DNA of 23,885 nt, taken from Octopus sinensis (Eukaryota). The stretch covers positions 1-23,885 of the forward strand of contig NW_021836510.1 in NCBI RefSeq assembly GCF_006345805.1, given 5' to 3'. Shown here one piece after another: positions 1 through 9,237 of this stretch. The position numbers were made by a program, and so were the translations under genes. Position 1 is the stretch's first letter, and every line of letters starts with the position of its first letter. The notes under the pieces are model-generated. The model saw only the letters and a list, made by a program, of their open reading frames with translations. It was not told the origin of the DNA and did not search any database.

Positions 1-132
1 CCAAATCGGCTCAGAAAATTTGTCCCGCCCGGGCCTATAGTAAAAGACACTTAGCCAAGGTGCCGTGCAGTAGGACTGCACCCGAAATCACGTTGTTGGT
101 AAGCAAACTTCTGACCGCAACAGCCACGCCTG
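1..132 (-). mobile_element. tRNA-derived SINE head (family A), truncated by the window edge
   Basis: Reverse complement gives caggcgtggctgttgcggtcagaag... with A-box and B-box-like motifs; homologous to 1127-1285. Confidence 0.8.
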
Positions 133-478
133 TTGCCTAAATGAGGAATTTATTCATGTAACCAAATGTTAAGTAGTGATATTGAGAACATAATGTTTTT
201 AAATTTAAGAACCGGAGTCTTACAAATAAATAGAAAGTTCCTGTTATTTGCCGGTCGCCATTATTGCCAGAAGCTATTAAAACTGAATACCTAGAAAATT
301 AGTCAAGAGACGAAACTCTTCTTTCGTTATTGAACTACAATTGAACTAACGAGCATCTATAAATATAACATCGGCTGAAGAGATGGAGAAAATTTACACA
401 ATGGTTTCGTAAGGGGGGGGGATAAAAATAAATGAATTCTTAATATAAGCTAAAACTTAGAAACAAGTAGTATTATAT

Positions 479-532
479 GCCTTGTGAGTGGATTTGGTAG
501 ACGGAAACTGAAAGAAGCCCGTCGTATATATG

Positions 533-563
<31 letters not shown>

Positions 564-783
564 ATGTGTGTCTGTGTTTGTTCCCCTAGCATTGCTTGAC
601 AACCGATGCTGGTGTGTTTACGTCCCCGTCACTTAGCGGTTCGGCAAAAGAGACCGATAGAATAAGTACTGGGCTTACAAAAAGAATATGTCCCGGGGTC
701 GAGTTGCTCGACTAAAGGCGGTGCTCCAGCATGGCCACAGTCAAATGACTGAAACAAGTAAAAGAGTAAAAGAGTAAAGAGTA
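479..783 (+). mobile_element. Composite SINE (A head 3' part, microsatellite slot, B body, AAAGAGT tail), 5'-truncated
   Basis: Homologous to 1127-1444, 3029-3222 and 12392-12826; tail (aaagagt)x3. Confidence 0.88.
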
Positions 784-1126
784 TATCTTGGCTCACGAGA
801 GACACTGTGTTTAGATTAGCTGTGTTTGATCAAAAATACTCTAGGGTCATGTGATGTGGCTTTATTGATGTTAAATACTCGAGATGTTAAACAAATTTAT
901 CGAGCAAAGACTCAGAGAATGGTTACTCATTCTTCCATTTCATACGTCCAGTCATGGAGATAGCTCTACAAATACAAAACTGGATGGATGTTTAACGATC
1001 GCTTTCTTTCAATCTCTCTCCCACTCACCCTCTCCCTTTCTCTCCCTTTCTCTCTCATTTTCTGTCATTCTCTCTCTCTCTCTCTATTTTTTTCTCTCTC
1101 TGTATCTCCATATGTATATATATACA

Positions 1127-1444
1127 CAGGAGTGGCTGTGTGGTAAGCAGCTTGCTTACCAACCACATACTTCCGGGTTCAGTCCCACTGCGGGAAACCT
1201 TGGGCAAGTGTCTTCTACTATAACCTCGGGCCGACCAATGCCTTGTGAGTGGATTTGATAGACAGAAACTGAAAGAAGCCCGTCGTATATATATATATAT
1301 GTCTATGTTTGTCCCCCCAACATCGCTGGCGTGTTTACGTCCCCGTAACTTAGCGGTTCGGCAAAAAATCCCGATAGAATAAGTACTAGGTTTACAAAGA
1401 ATAAGTCTTGGGGTCGATTTGTTCGACTAAAGGCGGTGCTCCAG
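1127..1444 (+). mobile_element. Composite tRNA-derived SINE (A+B), 3'-truncated
   Basis: A box tggctgtgtgg, B box ggttcagtccc, (TA)7 slot, B body. Confidence 0.88.
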
Positions 1445-1532
1445 AACACAACACGCAGCCCAGTCTGGGATTCGAACGCAGAACCTCACGATCGTAAGCT
1501 CGACGCTCTAACCACTGAGCCATGCGCCTTCA
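1445..1532 (-). mobile_element. tRNA-derived SINE head (family C)
   Basis: Reverse complement gaaggcgcatggctcagtggttagagcg...gttcgaatcccagac; homologous to the head of 16745-17001. Confidence 0.8.
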
Positions 1533-1995
1533 CATAGTATGTAGAGTATATAAAGAACGAAAAGCCAAAGCAAAAAAAGGAGAAAGAAAAAATGCACTTA
1601 GCACCAGAGCTGAAGGCACCTCCGAAATTGGGGGCCCCTCCACGTCGAAAACGGTAGAGGAGTAGGGGCCGAAACCGGACGTGGTTCTTCCTGATGATGT
1701 CTTTAGCTACTGGATCCTCCCACAGCTTTCGATAACAGTATGTAGAGTAGTAAATGAGACAAGTATAATAGCATCGAAAATTAAGAAGATTATTAGCATC
1801 AACATGTAATCAAGCGAACAATAATGTTTAGAGATCAACGTTAGCAACACGAAGACCAATTAGAATAAACATAAATTAATGTTAGCAACACAAATACCAA
1901 ATAAGATTTAAACAATGCAGTAGCAAAAGTTTACGAATGAGAACATGAGCCGTTGCAGCTGTGACAACACCAACAACATTACAACAATAGCAACA

Positions 1996-2185
1996 TGGCG
2001 AAATGGCCCAGTGGTTAGGGCAGCAGACTCACAGTCGTAAGAGCGCGGTTTCGATTCCCAGACCGGGCATTGTGAGTGTTTATTGAGCAAAAACACCAAA
2101 GCTTCCCGAGGCTCCGGTGGGGTGGTGGGGTGAACCCTACTGTACCCCTTCACCACAACTTTCTCTCACTCTTTCTTCCTGCTTC
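1996..2185 (+). mobile_element. tRNA-derived SINE (family C-related)
   Basis: tggcccagtggttaggg A box and ggtttcgattccc B box, followed by a non-tRNA body. Confidence 0.8.
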
Positions 2186-2240
2186 TGCCACAAAGCAGAG
2201 GAACTATGCTGTAGCCCACTAAGGTTTTTTTTTCTTTCAG

Positions 2241-2373
2241 ACCCTAGTCTAGATTGTGAATCCTCCGTACCCCAGGATGGTTCAGCTCTCCACCCGTTAA
2301 AAAGCCACCGTTTACGGAATGAGAATAACAACGTAGCTTTCGCGCCCGTGCAGCCGCCAGTCTATCGCGTGTG
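2241..2373 (+). CDS. Candidate 133-nt internal coding exon of an unidentified host gene
   Basis: Branch-like ccactaag (about 2216-2223), T-rich tract, CAG acceptor (2238-2240) and TG|GTGAGT donor (2374-2379). Only one frame is open: (D)PSLDCESSVPQDGSALHPLKSHRLRNENNNVAFAPVQPPVYRV(W), phase 1 to phase 2. Confidence 0.55.
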
Positions 2374-2562
2374 GTGAGTGGAACTTGAAGTTGCCACACG
2401 CGTTCTTAGTAGCTTAGAGTAGGCTCGAATTAGAGATTATTCTTTGTGGCTAATGGCGCGGGTCCTGATTGGAAGAAGAAGAAGAAGAAGAAGAAGAAGA
2501 AGACAACATCCATCAGCTTTGACAGTAGTAATAACAATGCAATGATATACGAGTCGTTGTAA

Positions 2563-2770
2563 GGCGACGAGCTGGCAAATATCGTTAGCTCTCCGGATAA
2601 AATGCTTAACGGCATTTCGTCCGTCTTTTACGTTCTGAGTTCAAATGCCGTCAGGGTCGATTATGCCTATTATCCTTCTGGGGTCGATAAAATAAGTACC
2701 AGTGGAATACTGGGGTCGATCTAATCAACAAACCATCTCCCCCGAAATTGCTGGCCTTGTGTCAAAATTT
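2563..2770 (+). mobile_element. Family D (Nin/Deu-like) SINE
   Basis: Homologous to the reverse complement of 9312-9544. Confidence 0.82.
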
Positions 2771-2819
2771 AAAATCAATAATATACAAGTTTTTTCCTAT
2801 TATCATATTCAACAACATA

Positions 2820-3222
2820 TTTGGGTCTCTGGGCGAATTGGGGAGACGAGAAGTGTGTGGGATCCAGTCGTAGGTAGGTAGGTAGGTAGGTAGGTAGGTA
2901 GGTAGGTAGGTAGGTAGGTAGGTAGACCACGGCATGCCCAGTCCTCCTTTTAACGGGTGTTGACAGCAAATGGATCGCCTGACCATCGGGACGCATCCTT
3001 TCGACAAGAAGCGAAAGAGAATGCGTTCGTCCCCCCAACATTGCTTGACAACTGATGTTGGTGTGTTTACGTCCCCGTAACTTAGCAGTTCGGCAAAAGA
3101 GACCGATAGAATAAGTACTGGGCTTACAAAGAATAAGTTCTGGGGTCGATTTGCTCGACTAAAGGCGGTGCTCCAGCATGGCAGCAGGCAAATGACTGAA
3201 ACAAGTAAAAGAGTAAAGAGAA
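2820..3222 (+). mobile_element. Composite SINE variant with (TAGG)n slot and embedded LINE fragment
   Basis: gtgtgtgggatccagtcg (2861-2870 end), then (TAGG)n 2871-2925, the L1-like fragment, and B body 3029-3222. Confidence 0.8.
2926..3028 (-). mobile_element. Short L1/Tx1-like ORF2 fragment
   Basis: Minus strand reads ERILFRFLSKGCVPMVRRSICCQHPLKGGLGMPW, resembling the post-RT F.W.G...P..GGLG motif of L1/Tx1 ORF2 (from recall). Confidence 0.6.
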
Positions 3223-3846
3223 TATGAAGCATCGTAGATCCAGTGAGATTTGATATTCATAGAGAATTAGTACACGCGTTTCGTAGGATTTTCTCTCGGC
3301 TTACCACCTCCTGCCAGAAATAAATATAAGAAGAGCATCGTAGGTACAAGGCCGTGACTTTATAGGACATGAGTGTATTTTTAGAGTTGAATAAACCGTA
3401 GGAAGAGAGTAAAAAACGACACAGAGCAATGGCGGATAAACATATGGTTAATATTTCTGACATTAAAAATTTACCAAAAAACAAAAAAGAAAAACAAAAA
3501 AAATCCCTGTGTTGGTTAGAACAATGGGGTTTTAGTATGTTTTAATGCGGATAATCCAGAACTAGGGTACCACCACTACCACCACCACCATAACCACTAC
3601 CAACAACAACAACAACAACAACTACGAAGACGGCGACGAACCCAAGGGAGGGGAGCTCGAGTGGAAGTAGGAACATCTCTCATTGGTGGTATGATGATGA
3701 GTGTGGAGGTTTTAGGGGGTTTTAGGGGGGTTTTTAAAATAATTTTTGTTAAGTGTGGTAATTGTTATTTTATGCATGCGTTATTCAGTGCCATGTCTCA
3801 GTTGGGGTTATTTGCATTAGTTCATTAGCTTATCGTATTACCTCTA

Positions 3847-3867
3847 TGTGCGTGTGTGTGTGTGGGT

Positions 3868-3918
<51 letters not shown>

Positions 3919-3930
3919 ATATATATATAC

Positions 3931-3979
<49 letters not shown>

Positions 3980-4040
3980 TATGTATATATGAGTGTGGAT
4001 ATATATATATATAATAATATATATAGTATATTTATATTAT
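3847..4040. repeat. Compound (TG)n/(TA)n microsatellite
   Basis: Directly visible. Confidence 0.95.
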
Positions 4041-4521
4041 CATATTATTATATATAATATTACATAAAGACATTATTGTTAACAACTATTTTTACATCTT
4101 GTTTAAATTGTAAAATATCAAATTATCGAGAAAAACATAACTACCTCACCAGGGGAACAAAGGAAAAAAATACCAAGGGAAGTAAACAACAGAATATGGT
4201 GGGGAGGGGATAAGGAGCTGTACACCCCAGACCAAATGCCCTGTTCAGCCGACTATCGCGGACATGATTGCAAAAGCGTTGCCACCGGGAATGACCAACA
4301 ATACTCGTTGCAACAGCCATCCCAGGTCGCAGGACTCATTCTCAGACGGGCCGCAGTTATCCCGATTTTGTTTTTAAGGCACCATAGTGGTCATTCGACG
4401 TGGTAGAAATAGCGACCGAATTTACCTCAACGCATCAGAAGTACGTGTGTGTGTGTGTGTGTGTGTGTACGTATGTATGTGTATTGATATATATAATATA
4501 TAAATATGTATATATATATAT

Positions 4522-4655
4522 ACAGGAGTAAGCACATAAATGTGAAACAAGGTGGGAAACAGAGTACTCAAATACCAGAGATAGAGTAATATGGTTTATT
4601 TGAGAGCAGCAGAAATATAACAAAAGCTGTTACTCAGAGTTTCACGTTCCCGACA
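4522..4655 (-). mobile_element. Probable third PLE-type terminal fragment carrying the 3' half of a hammerhead
   Basis: Minus strand reads gggaacgt-GAAAC-tctga-GTA-acag at 4627-4651. No CUGANGA is present. Flanked by (TA)n on both sides. Confidence 0.4.
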
Positions 4656-4666
4656 ATAAAGTATAT

Positions 4667-4718
<52 letters not shown>

Positions 4719-4721
<3 letters not shown>

Positions 4722-4933
4722 GGAATAAAAAATGGAGTCAACGCAGGTTTAAACAAGTATTTTTTCTTTCTACATATGTTTCAAAAATTCCACTGATACT
4801 TATTCAAAAGAATAAAAGGTATAAACAATGCAATCTTCTCTTCGGGAAAGTGAAAAAAACGAAACTTGTCAATACGACATTTTAGCAAAAAATGATGGAT
4901 TCGTATAGCGATAGACAGAACGCTATTAATATT
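4719..4933 (-). repeat. Inverted pseudo-LTR arm (left), reverse complement of 7034-7247
   Basis: Direct comparison shows three 1-nt indels and no substitutions over about 214 bp. Confidence 0.95.
4766..4850 (-). ncRNA. Minimal type-I hammerhead ribozyme motif in the inverted arm
   Basis: Minus strand reads ctttc-CCGAAGA-stem II-GAAAC-ATAT-GTA-gaaag, with a perfect 5-bp stem I. Confidence 0.75.
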
Positions 4934-4935
4934 CT

Positions 4936-6914
4936 ATGGATACTATGTTGGTTCAATCTGATAAGACTGGTAATCTGTACAAACTTTATAAAGACTATTA
5001 TTTGGAATTACTTGAAAAAGAAATTCAGAAAAAGTATTAAATTGCTGATAAAAGAATACTTAAGAAAGCCAACATCGAGGCTATGAAAATCATGGAGAAT
5101 ATAACCTACAAATGAAGACAGAACACTTGTTCCTAAGCAACCTAGGTTTATTTTGAAGGATCACAACCAAATTTTTTTACTAACCCAACATTAAGGCTTA
5201 TCTGCCCTTCTAGCTCTGACATCGGTATCCTTAGTAAAAATATACTAGATAAATATATTCCTAATCTAATCAAAACATTAAAACTTAGCTTATGGACTAA
5301 TTCATTTGACGTAGTTGACTGGTTTAGGTCTATTAACAGTAAGGTGAGTACGAAGTTATCCAGTTTGATATTTCCAATTTTTATTCGTCTATTAATCCTA
5401 TAGTACTTAATAAGGCACTTTGGCTTGCTCATAACAAAGCTGGTCTCACCCGAGAAGAAATTAATGTTGTGTTGGCAGCCAGAAGATCTATTATTAAATT
5501 TGATGATAAGTTTGGGTCCGTAAAGACACACCAGATAGTTTCGATATACCTATGGGAAGTTCTGATTCAGCACAGATAGCTGATTTGGTCTGTATATACA
5601 TTCTTTTTGAAATGGCTGAAGAGTTCCCTAACATTTATGGAGGTCTATATCGTGATGATTGTTTACTTTACCTCCAAAATGTTTCTAACCAAAAGGTACA
5701 AAAAGTTAAGAACAGTTTAGTTAATTTTTTCAGTAGAATGAGCTTAAAAATCGTTTTTGATGACGATCTGACGAAGGCCAACTTTTTAGATATTACCCTT
5801 AATTTACACAGTGACTTTTACTTCCCATATCATAAACCGTTGACCAATCTTAAGTACATTAGCAAATTTAGTAATCATCCTGGAGCAATTACTAAGAATT
5901 TAGTTAAGAATATTTCATTTAGATTATCTAAATTATCTGCTAATGTTGATATTTTCAATAATAACGCTGAATTCTATAACTCTGCCTTAATCAAAGCAGG
6001 TTATACAGAAAAAAATTTCTACATTGATTCTACTCAGTCTAATTGTAAGTTCAATAATGTAGATAAGGTTTCTAGTCGTAAAAGAATTATTGATAACAAA
6101 CATAACTTACGCACCGATACAAAGCGAATGAAGGCAGATAACCCTTATTTATTCCCCTATTACCGATCTAAAAGTAAATATAACACCTTCAAAAGTAATT
6201 ACGCTATGAATACTAGTAAAAATATTTGGTTAATAATTCCTTACGGGAGACAAATTAAATCTAATCTCCCACTGCTGTTTCGTCAAGCTATTGCTAGGAA
6301 TTTTCCAAATAATTCTAGATATTACTCTATAATTAATTCACATAAGGTTAGGATAGGTTTTTCAAACACAAAAAATCTCTTGCAAATTATATCTTCTCAT
6401 AATAACAAACTGTTAAATATTAATACATTTACTAATACTAACATTAATTTAGCTACTACCATCCAACCCTCTAGAAATATTAATAACAAGGTTATTGTAT
6501 CTGAAGTCAATCCCAATAGAATTAAATTTATGTCAAGTAACTCTAAGATTAAAAATTCTATATACCAGTGTATAATCAGTACTCGTAATAAAGTACGATT
6601 TTACATTGGAAGCACATCGTTAGAGTTATCTAGAATTCTATCCATTACTCAACATTTAGAGATAGAAATAAACGGAATAGTACCGGTCTCAGCAAACTGA
6701 TTTGGAATTTAAAAGACCACAATGAACAATTTCATTTGGAATGGTTGATCCCTCAATTTCGATACCATATGACAAAGGCAAGAAATTCTGTCTTCTCTGC
6801 AATTCTGAGCTATTTTTCATTATTTTTTCTAAAAATACTCTAGTAAACACGGTTATAGAACGAGCATACAGATGTAAGCATTGGCAAAAGCATACTTTTA
6901 GTGCATATAAGTAG
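4936..6914 (+). pseudogene. Frameshifted PLE polyprotein ORF (RT-thumb-linker-GIY-YIG); includes track ORF 5552-6700
   Basis: Stitched translation: MDTMLVQSDKTGNLYKL... / LVPKQPRFILKDH / FFTNPTLRLICPSSSDIGILSKNILDK...WTNSFDVVDWF / IQFDISNFY / WVRKDTPDSFDIPMGSSDS...YRDD...IYQC...YIGST / IHYSTFRDRNKRNSTGLSKLIWNLKD / SIPYDKGKKFCLLCNSE...RCKHWQKH, stop at 6912-6914. Six frameshifts and one in-frame TAA (5038-5040). Confidence 0.88.
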
Positions 6915-7033
6915 TCTCTATCATTATATATAGTTTAGACTTTAATTTCCTTTATATTTAACATTCACTATTAATATCCCTACTCTTTCTGTTAGCTACT
7001 TATGACGTTATATCATATAACGTTTTTTTAAAC

Positions 7034-7247
7034 AATATTAATAGCGTTCTGTCTATCGCTATACGAATCCATCTTTTTTGCTAAAATGTCGTATTGACAA
7101 GTTTCGTTTTTTTCACTTCCCGAAGAGAAGATTGCATTGTTTATACCTTTTATTCTTTTGAATAAGTATCAGTGGAATTTTTGAAACATATGTAGAAAGA
7201 AAAAATACTTGTTTAAACCTGCGTTGACTCCATTTTTTTATTCCTAT
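7034..7247 (+). repeat. Pseudo-LTR arm (right, sense), followed by a ~148-nt extension to the (TA)n tract
   Basis: Reverse complement of 4719-4933; lies downstream of the ORF stop at 6914. Confidence 0.93.
7116..7199 (+). ncRNA. Minimal type-I hammerhead ribozyme motif (variant CCGAAGA core, GUA cleavage triplet)
   Basis: cttc-CCGAAGA (7120-7126), long stem II (gaagattgcattg/cagtggaattttt capped by ttattc-tttt-gaataa), GAAAC (7183-7187), ATAT, GTA (7192-7194), gaaag. Stem I is one T short compared with the left arm. Confidence 0.72.
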
Positions 7248-7395
7248 TATTCAAATATTCAACGTAAACACGAAGTTTCAACCTTTATAAACAAGGAGTT
7301 ACAACATCTTTACTTGTGAGATTTTGCTGCCCTGGTAACTATTCATTCATTTATCCGTGTTAATTGTTAACAAGGTAAAATACACTCATCTATTT

Positions 7396-7400
7396 AATAT

Positions 7401-7446
<46 letters not shown>

Positions 7447-7495
7447 ATATATATATTATATACTGTTTGACAATATATAATATATATAATATATG
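7396..7495. repeat. (TA)n microsatellite at the PLE 3' junction
   Basis: Directly visible. Confidence 0.95.
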
Positions 7496-7694
7496 TCTCT
7501 ACTACACTATATACAGCTTCCTGTTAAACCACCATATAGATAAGTTTTTTTATTGGCCACACAGGGCTGCACACAGATGGGACAAGTTACAAGGTAGAGC
7601 TTTTCTTTTGGGGGATGAAAAAAAGGGGGTGGCGTAGGTTTTCGATCAAGAGGGATCGTAAAAGGGAAGAAAAGAACAACAAAGATTGACAGGC

Positions 7695-7763
<69 letters not shown>
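7695..7763. repeat. (AGAT)n microsatellite
   Basis: Directly visible. Confidence 0.95.
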
Positions 7764-7764
<1 letters not shown>

Positions 7765-7859
7765 ATTCATAGGTAGATAGATAGATGTACATGATTGTAT
7801 AGGAGCGTGTATATATGTGTATTCGTATATAGCACGGAGGAAATGAAAACATCATGGCC

Positions 7860-8870
7860 ACTACCCCCTACTACACCTGCTACTTCCACTACCACCACCT
7901 GTCCCCTTATGAATAAGTGCCGAAAATAGTTCAACATCTCCGCCACCACATCCACAAACCTTTCAGCACCTACACCATCATCACTAGTTCTACCACCCTA
8001 CTATTACCATCGCCACCGCCGTACCACCTCACAACACCCATAGCTACCACTACCACTGTCATCACTATCACCACCACCACCACCATCACCACAACAACCA
8101 CCACCACACCACTACCACCACCACACCACTATCGCCACCACACCACTACCACCACCACACCACTACCACCACCACACCACTACCGCCACCACACCACTAC
8201 CATCACCACACTACCACCACCACCACCACCAGTGTCATCACCACCACCATCACCCCAACAACCACCACCACACCACTGCCACCGTGGTACCACTACCACC
8301 ACCACCATCACTGCTACAAAGAGCACCGTACCACCTCACAACACCCACAACTACCACCACCGCTGCCATCACCATCACTATCACCACCATCACCACTGCA
8401 ACTACCACCACACCACTACCACCACCACACCACTACCACCACCACACCACTACCACCACCACACCACTACCACCACCACACCCTTACCATCACCACACCA
8501 CCACCACCAGTGTCATCACCACCACCATCACCACAACAACCACCACCACACCACTACCGTACCACCTCACAACACCTACAACTACCACCACCAGTGCCAT
8601 CACCGCCACTATCACAATTACCACCACCATCACCACTGCAACTACCACCACACCACTATCGCCACCACACCACTACCACCACACCACTACCATCACCACA
8701 CTACCACCACCACACCACTGCCACCGTGGTACCACTACCACCACCACCATCACCGCAACATCCACCACCGTCGCCACTACCACCAGCACCATGCTATTAT
8801 CAGAGCCACCACCACAGTCACCACTGCCACCCGCATTGGTTCGCCATCTACGCCACAACCTCCGCTAAAT
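7860..8870. repeat. (ACC/CAC/CAT)n low-complexity tract with higher-order repeats
   Basis: About 1 kb that is C/A-rich on +; gtaccacctcacaacacc recurs at about 8021, 8328 and 8560. Confidence 0.92.
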
Positions 8871-9096
8871 ACTAACATACGCCCTTACTAGCTAAACATG
8901 CCCACATCATTTTTCAGTCGTTTAAGCAATAACAATTTGAAAATTCGACTTACTAAGACAAAATGCTTTGACTCGTATTATAACCCGTCGCTAGATGTGG
9001 GAGTGTTTGGGTAAGGGTGACGGTAGTGTGTGTCTGTGTGTCTATGTATATGTGTGTATGTACCTTTATCATAAGGGAATAAGTATGTATAAACAC

Positions 9097-9190
9097 ATTT
9101 ATTTACTCTTTTCTGCTCTTTTACTCTTTTACACGTTTCAGTCATATGACTGAGGCCATGCTGGAGCACAGCCTTTAGTCGAACAATATA
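9097..9190 (-). mobile_element. 3' tail fragment of the composite SINE (B body)
   Basis: (ttactcttt)n-gtttcagtca...ggccatgctggagcac is the reverse complement of the 720-783 tail. Confidence 0.8.
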
Positions 9191-9237
9191 ACGGACATAA
9201 TGGAAATCAATATGCACAAGTCAAATTTGCAACACTA

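Larger units (their letters stand above)
4719..7395 (+). mobile_element. Penelope-like retroelement (RT + C-terminal GIY-YIG endonuclease), 5'-truncated, with inverted pseudo-LTRs, inserted in (TA)n
   Basis: RT motifs IQFDISNFYSSI (5358-5393), FDIPMGSSDSAQIADLV (around 5552) and GLYRDDCL (5642-5665). GIY-YIG-like NSIYQC...FYIGST (6554-6616). C-terminal CLLC...CKH. Inverted repeats at 4719-4933 and 7034-7247. (TA)n tracts abut both ends (about 4660-4720 and from about 7396). Confidence 0.92.

Noticed and set aside
698-1427. Recurrent palindromic repeats as a CRISPR-like array
   Set aside because: These are dispersed SINE copies with no regular repeat-spacer spacing and no cas genes, in eukaryotic DNA.
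1600-1700. ggcccct/aggggcc hairpin with GAAAC and a nearby CTGATGA
   Set aside because: The order and pairing of the motifs fit no hammerhead topology.
1996-2070. tRNA-like sequences here and at 1445-1532, 16920-17001 and the family A heads
   Set aside because: A and B boxes are present, but they run into shared SINE bodies and I could not form a full acceptor stem.
3712-3727. Two TTAGGG hexamers as interstitial telomeric sequence
   Set aside because: Only two non-contiguous units in a T/G-rich patch.
3762-4057. ORFs with YIYI, VCVC, YLSI or TYLP runs (also near 7507, 11531-12121, 13735, 19639)
   Set aside because: Translations of microsatellites.
5148-5531. 127-aa minus-strand ORF
   Set aside because: Antisense shadow of the PLE RT coding region.
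6780-7030. Selenocysteine recoding as reported for some Naiad PLEs
   Set aside because: The terminal Cys codons are TGT/TGC, the endonuclease is C-terminal rather than N-terminal, and no convincing SECIS is visible.
6996-7046. cttatga-cgttata-tca-tataacg hairpin as another hammerhead
   Set aside because: The core lacks G5, GAAA is replaced by a T-run, and there is no valid stem III or cleavage triplet.
7917-8891. 324-aa and overlapping Pro/Thr/His-rich ORFs
   Set aside because: ACC-type repeats cannot form stop codons on +, several frames are open at once, and there is no domain or splice evidence.
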